From NCBI GenBank assembly GCA_977862235.1, contig OZ374559.1, positions 682,001 through 746,000 of the forward strand: a DNA stretch of 64,000 nt, given 5' to 3'. The position numbers were made by a program, and so were the translations under genes. The stretch is from Dudresnaya verticillata (Eukaryota). The notes below the pieces were generated by a model. The model did not search any database, was not told where the DNA came from, and saw nothing but the letters and a program-made list of their open reading frames with translations. Shown here piece after piece: positions 47,865-60,839 of this stretch (positions are counted from its first letter, which is position 1; the number at the start of each line of letters is the position of its first letter).

Positions 47865-47927
47865 CATCATCATCATCATCACGATTTTATTGAATCAATA
47901 GGGAGAAGGGAAACCCTAACAGCTTGG
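47865..47927 (-). mobile_element. Minimal (about 63 bp) retro-insertion: 3' UTR plus (GAT)n tail of a family-B-related element
   Basis: AATAAA followed by GTGATGATG...; TSD AAGATCAT at 47857..47864 and 47928..47935. Confidence 0.75.
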
Positions 47928-48269
47928 AAGATCATGCTACTTGACGTTACCGACAAAAGTACAAATCAAGTTCCAACTCAGCACGCCTTCTTGTGGCCCA
48001 TGCTTAGATGCGAGGTAAATTTGGAAAACAGGCAAGTCAGGGGGAACACTTTGCTGTAGAGAATGAGCCAACATTTTTTCTTGAGTGCCCTAAGTTGTAT
48101 TGCTTCCCCGGGGTTGGAGCCACGAAGAGATTCGGCTTGCAAGATTCAGTAATTGGTATCAATTGACATATTTGCTATTTCTACTAACAATAGGTTGTTG
48201 TAGTGCAACTTCTTTATTGCAATATTAATTGCAATTTGATCCCCAATACGTAATAGTAATAGAAAATCG

Positions 48270-48513
48270 CCATCTTTGTTTCAACAATTCCATTAATCTT
48301 CATCTGATGGTAATCGACACCTACGGCCGTATTGGTTTTGCATCTTTCCCAGGTGCTCAAAGAATAGCCAATTTCTTGGCTTCCAGGATGGGCACGTCCC
48401 CTATGGCTGGAAAACTCCATCTCCCAACTCGTCTGAACTCTTTCGTATTACAATGCATGGCCATTTCGGCCAGCCGACATAAGCTAGATACCTATGATAG
48501 CCCTGATTGTTAA
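48270..48513 (+). mobile_element. CRE-like RLE C-terminal remnant
   Basis: INLHLMVIDTYGRIG..GAQRIANFLASRMGTSP is similar to the end of family A ORF2. Confidence 0.8.
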
Positions 48514-48966
48514 ATCCCCTAGGGTTTTAAGGTTTTTTATTCCTTTCATGAAGTCTTTCACACGTGATGCTACCTCTGAATATGAACATTTTAACGTGTC
48601 AGTTCAAAACGATGTCGAGCAGGAGAAGGATGAACAAGAACAAGTTCTGTGGGCAAGCTGCTGGATTCTTGGAAGATGACACAATACTGCTGGGCGCATT
48701 AGCTATTGCAGCCTCATTGCAATGCAATTTTTGTGTTGCAACTCTGAATCTTGCGATTAAAGGGATGCTTGCTCGTGTGTTGCAACATGTATTGCAGTGA
48801 TGGCACGTAATACCACGCGCCACGGCCACCACGGCCACTCTCCTAACATTCGTAAATGTACCAGTAGTCGTAGTGGAAACAATAGCATCTATTTAATATG
48901 CACTATATTTGCAATTCATATGCACTATATTTGATGCAAGAGACGCGTACACTGAATCCTACGATG

Positions 48967-49278
48967 TCAGTCAGTAGTGACCAGGGTCTCCTTGTTGCTA
49001 GAGTTCATCTCCATCACAATGTTCACTTCGTTCTCATCCTTTACCTTCGACACCCGGCTGCGGGTACTTGTTGTGGTGGAGATGGAGCAGCACGTCTTCC
49101 CGAGAGGCTTGTCCTCGATCTCCTCGCCGCCCAGAAGCTTGCATGCATAGTTGTCCGGCTTGGCATATTCTGTTGCTGCCTTGCCCTCTTCGCTGCCAGC
49201 ATGAAACTTGCAAGGGCAATCGGCCAGGGAAGCAGAGGAGAGGGCCAGGATAACAACGGTGGCGAAAAGCTTATTCAT
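48967..49278 (-). CDS. Small putative secreted Cys-containing protein (103 aa)
   Basis: Clear signal peptide MNKLFATVVILALSSASLA; Cys pattern CPC..C..CC. Confidence 0.7.
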   Translation of the reverse strand: MNKLFATVVILALSSASLADCPCKFHAGSEEGKAATEYAKPDNYACKLLGGEEIEDKPLGKTCCSISTTTSTRSRVSKVKDENEVNIVMEMNSSNKETLVTTD

Positions 49279-50782
49279 GACAAGGAATGGGTTGCCTTGA
49301 GAAAGCTGAGGCCTTGATTGATGTCTCTTTACCTACACCTCTGACCTCAGAGCTGAGGGCAGGTACTTTGTAATGGTGTTGAAGGAAGAGAGAGGGCTTA
49401 TTCACTTCTTGCTGGGACGCTACCGGACATATAAGTAAGATCATTTGTGGGGTGAGTTCCTCTTGCGCCCCTTACCAATAAGGAAAAGGTGTATTACATT
49501 GCAGAAGGTTACGAAACGAAGCGTGTATCCGTATAAATAGAGGTCCCCACCCCATAGCGGTATAGCTGGAAGCTCAGAACCTACAGACCCGTAATTGCAT
49601 TACGGTGTTCTACAGTTTCGAACTGTAGAAAGCACAGGAAGAAGCAGGTGTTAGAGTACTGCAGTTAGACCAGTGGGTATTTAAGCGACCAGCACGCAAT
49701 GTGGACATAGACAAGATCAACAACTCAGTGAATACAACGTCATTTACGGTGGGGTTCCACACGCGCCTTGTGCGCAACCAACACATTCAGCAGCACATCA
49801 GTCATCCGCCATTCGACGGCGTCTATGTACGTTCTACACCCCGCTGCAGCATTTGAGAAAATGGGTGCCACTCCGAACCTAAATCTAGACTCTTAGCCAG
49901 CTGAGCATTACAGAACCCACCCCAAGCAACCTAGCGATCTTCTCTACATCGATTGGTATAGTAGTATCCCGAATCGGTGATGCAACTACCTTCCCACTCT
50001 ACATTTGGTAATCAGGACAGTTCTCTAGGAGCAAGAACTTGTTCAAAGCGGGCCGGGGCTAAAGACCAGACAGAGGCAACCGGGACATGCCGCCCCTACT
50101 CGCGGATGCGGATGCGCTTGTTAAACGGCTGTGAACCCGTCTGGCAAAAAGACCGATAATCCCAGACGTGTTCATAACTGACTGCACTGCCAATGCCGTG
50201 ATGGTCGGCAGAATCCTACTTGAATTCGTGAGCCCCTCCAGGAACATTTCGGGTGAAACAGTACAACCGCATGGTAGTGTGTAATTCTGTGGGGAGGCCT
50301 TTGCACTCCGATCGTCGCCGCTTGACTCCTGCAGATTTGCCTCCTATGTAGTGCTTAAGAGTATCCAGTAGGGATTCTCTAGCTTCTTGCTTTCGTAAAG
50401 TGACGTTTACCCTCCGAAAGTCATCGCACTTGACTTTTCAAAAATGAGCGGGAAGTATTGTTCTAAAGTGGGGGATCTGCAGTGTGAGGAGGTTTGGTCT
50501 CTTTCTTTCTCCAGCATTGGGGCAGAAAGACACACCGGGCCTTCCTGACCTTCCTGGCGTACCATGGTTGGGCGGTCGTGGTGGACACCGCCCACACAGT
50601 GGGTAGACTATTATAGAACCTTCGACATGCCCTTTCGGCTGTCGCTACCCCAGAACCGTTTCCGCTTCTGCACGTCTCCCTTCTTCAACTTCCCTCCCTC
50701 TCTACCACCAAGTAACCAACACGCTAAGCTCACTTCCACATATTTCTCGCTTCTCGCCACCTTACTCGACTCCTCATCCCAC

Positions 50783-51439
50783 ATGAACACCAGAATCATA
50801 CCACTTAACGCCGTCATCGACGCCGCGCACAGCGCCGACAACGAGGTAAGCGTGACCAACACTGTCACGTCTTCGAACGATGCTGTGAAGTTTACCACTG
50901 TTCGTGTAACCGTCGAGGAACCGAGTCCGGGCAGCGCCGATCACGCCAAAGGAAGGAGACGCGGCGAGCATCACCGCCAGCCTCTGCTCCTTCCAGATCC
51001 GATACCATCGACACCCGTTCAGCGTTATGTAAAGCCCAGCTACGCAAAACTACAGGCCGCGGTTGGCAGAGAACAAAAGAAGATTCAGCTTTGCTATGAC
51101 CGCCTGAGCTCTCTCTCTGGCTTCTACAGAGAACGTCAGAAGATAGTTACTAAGCACAGGCCTGTCATTGAAGCCGCTCGATATTTCCTGAACGACTACA
51201 AGGACCAATATCAAGAACATGTCAGCCTCTTCGGGAATATCATTAAGCAGCTGAAGGCGTTGCGAAAGTCTGATACAGAGGCACGAAGCGCACCGCTTCC
51301 GAAGCTGAGTGAGATCTGTGGAGCTGGTAAAGAATGCGCAGCGGCGCTGAGAAACATCCGCCCCATTCGCGACCTCGAGTCTCGAAAAATAGGCCTCGAG
51401 AAAACTGAACGGACTGCTTCCTTGAGCCTTGCGGAGTAG
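50783..51439 (+). CDS. Hypothetical helical/coiled-coil protein; may continue into 51580..51957 via an intron or be a pseudogene
   Basis: Long open frame after a pyrimidine-rich leader, with charged helical composition; the downstream ORF is in a different frame. Confidence 0.45.
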   Translation: MNTRIIPLNAVIDAAHSADNEVSVTNTVTSSNDAVKFTTVRVTVEEPSPGSADHAKGRRRGEHHRQPLLLPDPIPSTPVQRYVKPSYAKLQAAVGREQKKIQLCYDRLSSLSGFYRERQKIVTKHRPVIEAARYFLNDYKDQYQEHVSLFGNIIKQLKALRKSDTEARSAPLPKLSEICGAGKECAAALRNIRPIRDLESRKIGLEKTERTASLSLAE

Positions 51440-54400
51440 AAGATGCTCGTCAAGCAGATATGTTTTCTGCAGCAACGCCCGCGTGAGACCACCTTAAACA
51501 ACCAGTAAAAGTTTACCATCACCGCGGGTGAGCGCTCGTTGTAGGTCTGGAAACTGCGCAAGCGGAGAATGCAGCGCAAATGGAATCCCGTGCTGAGACG
51601 AGAAGAACACTCGAACGCGCTCAGGCGATACAACAGCTGGTGGTTAAGGATGCTGCGGAGACATTGCGGTATCAAAGGAGGTCCCTGAACGATCTATGGA
51701 ACAATCAGCGTCGAGAGATTGAGGCTCTAGACCAGCCTTGTCTGACCGTCAATCGAAGGTCGGAGGGGCAACGACTGGCAGAGTTGAAAGATGGGATCCG
51801 TAGACTTCGGGAAGAGTTTGGGGCCACAAAATGGGCCTGTGGCGCCTTAATAAGCGCATCCATTTTGCCCAGAGGAGCATGGCTCCAGGAGCCCCGCAGC
51901 AGTCTCTGCAGGGCAGTGTTCAGGCACCAAACCTGCGACGAGATCTGCAAAAAATAAGCACCACCCGCCGGCAGTCCCCTCAAGGGACTTACTCTGGATC
52001 TTGCGATAAAAGGATTGCTTGCTTGTGATATCGTTGCCAAACCTGCCTCCTTTGTAATATGTTCGTTCCATTATTGCAAAGATACAAGATAGATATGAGC
52101 TTGGCATAATATTTTATGGCTCCGGGTCATTCCTCTTCTTCGGTTTACAGATATCTCAAGACGAGTTCGTTCAATTACTGTTCAGGCAGATAACAAGTTC
52201 ACCAATCTGCAGTGTTTTCCTTTGGACAGGCAACGAAGAAAGCAAGCAAATGAAAGTTCCTCCTCGCGTCAGAGCCCCTCCGAGTGCCCACAAACCGCCT
52301 CAGGGGGGCCGGGTGATCGGGAAATCGTCGAGGGTTTTCCTTTAAGGCTTTGAGAATGTTGGAATGCGTAATTGCCTTTGCCCCGGAAAGGTCCTTGGTG
52401 ACATAACATAACAAGGAGATAACTATGTATAATAGACAACTGTATTGCTACAACTGCTTCTGATTGTACATCCCCAATGGAGTTCTAACCAACGCACACA
52501 GCTGTAGTCTACTCTAGTAGTGCAATTCACAGTTATCGGTAAGCGATCGGCTAGATGTTCTTGTACGGCCAACCACCTTCGTAGCAACAAAAGGTGCTGA
52601 CCTAGGCAAGACTGAGGAGCAATATTTTGTAAACGAGCAAAAGCGAAACAGATAGCCGAATCGACTCTCGAGAGAAACAAAACGGGCTAAAGGGCCGAAC
52701 AAACAATAAATAGGGCAACTTCTCGGCACTGGGCTAGCTAGATTGGAAATGTTATACACATATATACATATCTCGGCCTTCTCATGGTGACAAAGTCTGT
52801 GAGAGTTAACCGTGGGACCACTGACTGGGTTTTGAAAGAGTCTTGTGGTCATGTGATAAGTTGTGGACGGCCTTGTGTGGTGTTCCAAGAATCGTGTATA
52901 GGCCAACTCTGTTAAACTTCTCCTGAGTTCCAGAACTGCTCAGTTCTCACAAAAAATAACTGCTGCAACGCTTCGACTTCTTCGAGGCTGCACTGTGAAT
53001 TATAGGGTTTTGAGCGTTATTCATGGGACTCCTTTATTCACGGATGTGCAATAATCAGAGATGCGGTCTTGTGGGAGTAGTTTTACATTGCAGTGTCTAT
53101 TTTTGTCCTATTCGATATTGTTCACTCCTACATACGTACACCATATTATTCTGACAGGATACCCTCACTGCATACGGCTGTCCGCAACACTATTCTGGGC
53201 GATAGAACCAGTTCGCTTCCCTTGAGAAGAAGAAATGTCTGTACAGGTACCGACTGCGCGCAGCCTTATTGGTGGGGCTTCCCGAAACGAGGCAACCTCA
53301 AGATGGCCGTCACCGATCGTTCAAGAAGGAACAACGAGGGCATGTTGTTGATAGATATTCTCAAAGTCACGCCAAAGAACCTCTCGATCCCCACAGTACA
53401 CATAAGGGTTCTCAGACAGGAACGCAGCGTGGAATATATTGAACATCGCGCGCGTCCTGAGCTGTACAACAGTATAGTACGACAAGCACACACCTCTATT
53501 TTTATCTAAGGAGCAACTCTGGGAAAGGGTCCAACTACCAGGAAACATAGCAGGAGGAGGGGGTAGGTTGCGGCGATTCACGCTAACTGCAACACATTGA
53601 AGAAAGGGCGTAGTAAGGGAACTGCCGTGTAGAGTCTCGGAGTTGACAGCATTGCAAGCTCTAGTAACTCATACTACTCATATCCATCAAGGCGTTCCCA
53701 CAGTCTCTCACACATACAAACATACATCTCTAAGTCAATAGGTTATAGGTCTCCCATGCGGACGTCTGCCTTTGTCTGCTTGTGGAAACCGATGGCTGGG
53801 GAGTGAGGAACAAGATCTACAGTACCAGAAAATTACGGCGCGGCAACATAACGAGGTACGCTGCTTACGGAGAGCAAAGATTCGTTTCTGTTGAATGTAC
53901 CGTCTTGTTTATTCGTATTAACGCGTTGCTGTTTCCACCGATGCGTGCGGCATGACTGTAGCACAGTAATTTCCGGCTCGTGAAGGGAAGGGCAATATGT
54001 ACAATACGAAACTAAAAGCCCGGAATCACACGCCGTGCTGCACGGAACTGTTCTGCTTTAACTTTAATGTTGGGGCCCACCGTTAGATAGTTATGTGCAG
54101 TAGAAACAAGACACGCATCCTATGAGTTGGCCGATGGATGTGTTGCTCAACTTTTGACGTATCAACGTTGTAGGCTGTTGTAGACTGCCCAGTCAGGGTT
54201 ATACACTATAACCCAATCGTGGCGCAAGAATGAAGTTGTAGCATATATTTACATTGGTCTGCGACCTTCAGATAGTAGAGTATTTCCACTCGGGATTGTA
54301 GCGTGTTCTGTCTCTTGTATGCGACCAGAGGGTAGCGTCAGTTGTGAAGAATTGAACTCACGACTCCTCCAGAGTTGGGAGAGCGTTTGGATCATAGGGA

Positions 54401-54557
54401 GAAAACCTTCTACTCTTGAGATGGAAACGTGAGATATATTATTGCAATGCAAGAGGCTATGATTTTCCGTACGCCTGCCTTACCCTCTTCCTTGACTAAC
54501 CGTATCTGGTGCAAGTTATTTGCAGCATTTCATACCAGCGTCTTTGATTACACTCCT

Positions 54558-54630
54558 AAACCCTGCGCCCTTCAAACCCCTGCGCCCTTCAAAACCTTGC
54601 GCTCTTCAAAACCCTAGGCCCTTCAAACCT
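54558..54630. repeat. 16-17-bp tandem repeat, about 4.5 units
   Basis: AAACCCTGCGCCCTTC-like units. Confidence 0.85.
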
Positions 54631-57326
54631 ATCGTTTTAAGCAATATAGCTGAAGGTAGACAATCGGTGGCCTGTGCGCCGTGGAAACCCCTATCTCGAG
54701 ATCCTCGAATAGCTGTACCTTCAGACTGTAGTGTTGTGCCTGTCCTGTCAAAGCCCTACAAAGACGACCTCTCGAAGGAGGCTTTTCTATAATCAGGGAG
54801 AGATAGCCTGTGAGGAAGAAAAGGTTGACCTCGAACACAGTGTCTGGAGTAAGTCGCTCTTTTCCCTACTCCAATTGCTCGGTCATCAAAGCCGTTGGTA
54901 GTCAGGGGGCAGACTGTACTTACTATTCAGTTAGTTTAAGCATCACAAGTTAAAATCCAGCATGGTAACTTCCCAGCCTTGTTTTCTGGAAACCAAAACT
55001 TGCAAGTCAAGTAAGCGCGATAGATTAAGGCCCTTGGCTCCAACCGCATCAATAACGGAATGTAAGAGAAGGGAGGCATGAAGATGTAGGCAGACAGACT
55101 TTTAGGCTGCACAGCAGACTGGCAAGACTTCCTTCAACTTCAAAACTTTCATGATTCCACGTAACTGTGCTCATATGACAAGTGCCTCAAAACGAATATT
55201 GCAGTCTGATGTAAGAGCGTGTATAAACACCGGCGAGTCAACTCGTTGTAAGGAAGTCAGAACCATATATACTGTACCCGCGGCCCTGTTCCACTTTAGT
55301 AGTCTGAGGGAGGTAATCGCTCCTATGAAAGGGATGTGTTAAATACACTGCTACCGTATGAAAGTAGTAAGTGGCTGTTTCTTAGTGACGAAGAGGGCTC
55401 ACACAGTTTCTTACCCGTAATGTTAAATGCATGCTGGACATGCAAGTTCTCGTTCCTGACTCTGACGCTCCGTAGAGAAATGGAACAAGTCTTTGGAAAG
55501 ATCATATTAGCTTTCTTCTTCTTTCAACACCAACCTACGCTTTCAGCTAACATACCATATGATATTCATTACTTACAGAACGGCGATTCTTTCCCTTTTT
55601 AAATTCCAGCAAAGTTGCTTTCGAGTCCCGAGTTGCATCGTTGTGTTTGTTTGTGGTCGGAAGATATTCATTCCCTGGTTTCTCCACATCTATAGTGCCT
55701 GCCGCGCAGGTTCGCTCACAGCACAATGTACACATAATTGAAGTCTGAAGACTACGCTTTGGATCAATAAAATTACATTTTGTGATTGTGAATCAAGTGT
55801 GAAATGCAGTGCTTGGACCACCACAATCTCTATAGCAATTTCCATACAATGTACCGAAAGAAGAAAACTCCGAACCGCAGCAGATACTGTAACAAATATC
55901 ACTCATGTGTACGTTAGTGAGGGGTGGATAGACATTGCTCAACTATTTCCATATTTTCCTACGTTTAAGGCCTCCGTTAATGGTCTTCTTCTGTCACTAT
56001 GAAACTACGCGGGAAGCTCTCGAGGTGACCGCAGTAGACTTCGTCCATTAGTGAAGAATAACCTTACATTTCGCAAAACTGCTCAGAACCACGAGTCTTT
56101 CAAATGCTACGCTGTCACCTCTACAAGGGTCTACAATATGTCGCAGCTTCTCTGTTCGACAAACATACTCTCTCTGCCTATTTCCTGGATGCTCCCTTCA
56201 ATTCCGTTCTCCTTCCACTGGTCGCATCTTTGGCCTAGATATTTCCCTTTGCTAAGCTGAGAATCCTTCGAATTGCCGCCGTGTTCATGGCAGACTGCAC
56301 AGGATCGACATGATCATGCATGCCATGGCTATTGCCGAATACGTTCATTTTTGTGTCGGTTGTTCACAACAGCAATAGCATTAATTGTCCTCTTCTTTAG
56401 ATGCTGTATTGAAAGAACCCTACCATTCTCTCCTCTACAGGATTGGATCTTAACTCCCTTCACTTCCCTAGTTCTCCGCTCTGATTGGGCTAGTGTATGC
56501 TGAAGCAGATTATCGGGGGGATCCTCCTTACATTTTATTCCTCCAGGTGCATAGGCCCTAACACCGGATCAGCCCGTAGTAATGATTATTGTAGGCTAAG
56601 ATAATGATCTCTGTCATCACCTGACTATCTCTCTGAAAACTTTCATTCCCTTCCCTGAGAACTGGATAGAGCTTACTTCTGGATAGCTATTTGTGTACTG
56701 GTATCCGATTCTTTTTAACCGTAAATCGTAACGGTATGTACATGGAGATTTCTAGTTTCTGGGTACTTTCTTTGAACAAACTATAGCTACCCATGTGGTT
56801 TTTGGACGGGATGTTTTATTAGATTCTATAAGCCAACATCTATCTGGGAGCTTACATACTCTTCTCTCGGTCCAAGTGCAAATCAATCCATTTTTCGATT
56901 GCATTGTGCCACACATTGAAAAAAGAGAGAAGACTCAAAGAATAAAATGGAGCGATAAATACGATTGAATTGACACTTCTCACTTGTTCCATAAAGACAA
57001 TGTTTGAGGTGGCATTCCAGACTTCCAGACTTAGGCTTTTCTCATGTGAAGGGACACACTTATCAAGTTCTCTCCCCGGATGCCAACGGATCACGAGAGA
57101 AACATTGTATTCTTTATTTCAACAGTAATAATCAGCCATGACTATTAGAATGTGCAGATACGTCTACTTTGGAAAATAGATATCCGTTATGTAGTTGTAA
57201 GGAAAATTTATAGGCAGTATCCTGATAACAAGGCAGATTATGTTAACTTGCCCAACAGCGCTAGCCTATAGGTAGGACACTGATACGGAGGTGCAGGCAG
57301 GGAACTTTTCTGCGACCCGGAAACAG

Positions 57327-57332
57327 TATAAA
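57327..57332 (+). promoter_or_regulatory. TATA box candidate for the vWA gene
   Basis: TATAAA about 140 bp upstream of ATG 57469. Confidence 0.5.
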
Positions 57333-57468
57333 GGAGGGTCTCTCTTCGTCGTCTTACCATGGAAACTTAATAGCTTCCAAGGAGAGTTAACCGAGAAAGG
57401 CTTGAATCGGAAGTACCTATCCAATTTTCTGATATAATTCCCTTAAGCATCAGTCGGACCAAGTGGAA

Positions 57469-59145
57469 ATGAAATTCGGAGCGATGCTCCTTGTGGTCGC
57501 TGTTTTATCACACTTTCTTGGAATTATCACCGTTGTGCAGGCACAGCCAAAATGCGGTTCCACAGTCAGGACGTGTTCTATTGAAAAAATTTGTTTCGCT
57601 ATTGATGAGAGCGGATCTATCGTAGGCAACCAGTTCCCAGAAGAGAAAACATTTGTAACTGGTATAGCCGATGAGGTTGCCAAGCAAAATTCCGGGGTTT
57701 CCGTTGAGTATAGCGCCGCAGTCTTTAATGTTGTGTCCAGGATAGGCGCTGCTGCAACAACGGATAGAAAGCAGTTCAACAGTATCATTGCAAGTTTGAC
57801 ACAAAGAGGAGGGGGGACATTTATTGGAAGTGGACTTTCGCAATGTGACAAATTGCTCGGTTCAGGTGGCAATCGCATTATCGTTGCGATTACGGATGGA
57901 AGAGATGCTGGTTCAAGTCCAACACAGAGAACAGCTAGTGATCTGAAAAACAAAGGAGTGGGCATTATCTCCGTTGGTATCGGACCTTCTGTCAATGCAG
58001 CTTTTCTGAGAGGAATTGCAAGTGGTCCCAATTTCTACGTATCAGCATCTTTCGGCAGCTTGAGCTCTTCCATCATGCAAGCAACAATGACGACTTGTCA
58101 AGTTTCGGTTACTTCTCCGTGCCCAACCCCATCACCAACACCATCTGCTACGCCATCTGTTACACCTTCTCCTACGCCTTGTCCAGTTGACAATGTTTGT
58201 TTTGCGATTGATAACAGCGGCTCCATCAGTGCTGCTGAATTTAAAATGGAGAAGGACTTTGCAAAAGCAGCTGCCAAAGAGATTGCGATTAGGAGTCCAA
58301 TGGCGCTTTATTCAGCACACACGTTCAACGTGAGGGCCAAGACGGTGAGATCAATGACAATGAAATTGGTGAGTGATTTCCTTCCTGCAATTGATGCCTT
58401 AATGGGTACCTTTGGATACACAAATATGAAAGCTGGTCTTGAGGCCTGCTTCAATGACCTCCATCCCAAATCAGGGACAAAAATGCTCGTACTGATCACG
58501 GATGGAAGGGACAATGGTCACCCGAGGGCAATCGATGTCGCTCCGACTATCAAGAAGAATGGGATTGCTATTCTCACAGTCGGAGTGGGAAATGATGTAG
58601 CGAAAGATTATTTGAAAATGCTGGCCTCAGACCCGAGCTACTTCCTACAGGCGCCGTCCTTCGCAATGCTTTCTGCTCAAGTTAATCGCCTTGCCGGTGA
58701 TTTGTGCGTTGCGGCCGCACATTCTCCCATGCCTCCGCCGACAGACCCATGTGCTAAAACCTACAAGAGATGCCTACTGCGGTTTCATGGTATTCCCTCA
58801 GGTACTCCACAGTTCAAGATTAAGACACCTGCCCATTGGGGTTTCCTCTTAGGTTCTAAATTTACCCCTGAGGTTATCAAGTTGTTAGACGGCAAGAACC
58901 CCGGAATTCTGAAAACTAGGCTCCTGGGCCTAAGCATTGTGGAAAAGACTGGTAAGGAGGTACCGCTAAAAGGAAACCCCTTCGCCGCATCAAGTTGGTT
59001 CTGGCAGTACTCAATTGTGACAAACAAATACAGAAAGCAGATCTACAAAGATATACAGAAGAAATGTGTGAAGGCCGTCTTCCGTATCCGTGGCGTTGCT
59101 AATTCTCCCAGCTTTTGCGTGGCATTCAAGTTCACACTCCATTAA
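57469..59145 (+). CDS. Secreted protein with two von Willebrand factor A domains, a Pro/Thr linker and a C-terminal domain of unknown type
   Basis: Signal peptide; MIDAS motifs FAIDESGS and FAIDNSGS, each followed by ITDG and VG(I/V)G; PTPSPTPS linker. Confidence 0.92.
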   Translation: MKFGAMLLVVAVLSHFLGIITVVQAQPKCGSTVRTCSIEKICFAIDESGSIVGNQFPEEKTFVTGIADEVAKQNSGVSVEYSAAVFNVVSRIGAAATTDRKQFNSIIASLTQRGGGTFIGSGLSQCDKLLGSGGNRIIVAITDGRDAGSSPTQRTASDLKNKGVGIISVGIGPSVNAAFLRGIASGPNFYVSASFGSLSSSIMQATMTTCQVSVTSPCPTPSPTPSATPSVTPSPTPCPVDNVCFAIDNSGSISAAEFKMEKDFAKAAAKEIAIRSPMALYSAHTFNVRAKTVRSMTMKLVSDFLPAIDALMGTFGYTNMKAGLEACFNDLHPKSGTKMLVLITDGRDNGHPRAIDVAPTIKKNGIAILTVGVGNDVAKDYLKMLASDPSYFLQAPSFAMLSAQVNRLAGDLCVAAAHSPMPPPTDPCAKTYKRCLLRFHGIPSGTPQFKIKTPAHWGFLLGSKFTPEVIKLLDGKNPGILKTRLLGLSIVEKTGKEVPLKGNPFAASSWFWQYSIVTNKYRKQIYKDIQKKCVKAVFRIRGVANSPSFCVAFKFTLH

Positions 59146-60839
59146 GTTCCAGAAGCTGGGAGTCCGGATAGAGTAGTGCTTTCCACGTGGATGGAAGCTA
59201 GATTGTCTGGTGACCCTAGAAGAGCGCCTTTCAATCTTCAGAAAATGCATATTCCTTTGTGAATGTGCAATATACTATGAGTTACATCATGTCAATTGCG
59301 ATATTGATCAGGTCAACATGGTACACTCTCTCGTTCTTTGGACTTGGGTCTGTTGAATATCTGCAAGGTCCTTGCTAGGATTGTTTGATCAAGTAGAGGT
59401 ACAAGAGCTTCCTGAAAACAAAATCATATACGGTTCCATCGTCATCTTAAATCTTAATAATCAAGTTGATGCATGGAGCCGATTTTATCCGTCTCCATCC
59501 TCTAGAAGGGCACCATTTCGAGTAGCATGGATATTTTTGGTGGTATCTAATATTATTGGAACACGTAAATGCCTCTAAGGGTAGCTTTCAAGGAGGATTT
59601 AGGTGGCCTAGAAGGATTTAAGATAAATGCATTTCTATTAATTCCCAAGTAACTGGATTTTGTGCAGGAAATGAAGCGTTTATTGGTATAACATAGCACT
59701 TCTTCAAACATGAACAGGACCAAAACATTCTATTTTGATCTGCGCTCAGAAGGGCCGCACGAGTAAGGAAAGGACGGTTACTTGAACTACATACTGCGAG
59801 CGGAAATTCGGGACGGGTAGGCGGGGAAAGAACAGAACTTGGGGAGTGGCAGTCTGTCACAGCGTGAACTGTGCAAATAAGTAGTATAATGGGGTAGATG
59901 TCCACAACACGTTCTTTTTGCTATATGGGTATCGGCCACAGGCATTGACGACTCAATATTACCAGGACTGTCCGGCTGTAGCTCGATAACATACCGGGTT
60001 TCTGGTTCGGGACGATCGGTACAGCTCCCTATTCCCACTTCAATTTTTTTTCATAGTGTGCAACCTGCAAGGCAGCATAATCTATGGTCTGAGGTCGTGA
60101 AATAGGTAGTATGGCTGTCCATGATATATTGGCAAACTCCTGCGTGGGTGCTATACTGCCAGCCCTCATTAGGCTAATTCATCTACCAATAAATGGTTTG
60201 GTCTTAAATCGGGGGAAATATTGCCTGCTTTCTCACTGCTCGGAAAGCATTTACGCCACATCGCCTTTCTCATCTTCGAGTCATAATCAACATTCTCTTT
60301 AGTGCGTAAGACGGGAAAGTCTGAATGCAAATCGAAGCTCTCTGTTTAAGGATTCTAGCTAAATGTTTGGAGCAGCTTTGCTCTATCTACCGCAAAACAT
60401 TTTCTCCATGTTGGTAAAAGCACTAAGACAGAACGGAAAGCTTGGTAACGTCGTAACGTCTGCTACTCTAGGCGAAGGGATCAGTTGCCGATATTCTGCG
60501 CAGGAAAATCGCATCCCCGTAGGATTAGGAGACTCTTGATAAGGTCTAATGTTTGTATGTATTCCTATTGAAGTTTGCGGTGAATAATATCCACCACTCT
60601 ACTTACTCTAAGCTCTCTATTGTAATCTCGGCAAAGTATGCCCTTATCACTTTCCCAGTCCGCCCCTAAGGTTAGCCCCCGCATCCAATCATGCGCTGAG
60701 ACCTAGGCTGATGGTCATGCTTATCACGCAGCTTTCGGTTGTCAAGCCCTTGCCACAATCGTCATCGCCTTGCGCTCACTGTTTTCACCTTAGCTGCAGG
60801 CAAACCCTAGCGTCTCCTACTACTGCCATGAAAGTCCCG

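Noticed and set aside
59300..60040. Degenerate LTR-retrotransposon integrase fragment (a similar hint at 43560..43920)
   Set aside because: Only vague peptide resemblance across stops; too weak to call without a search.
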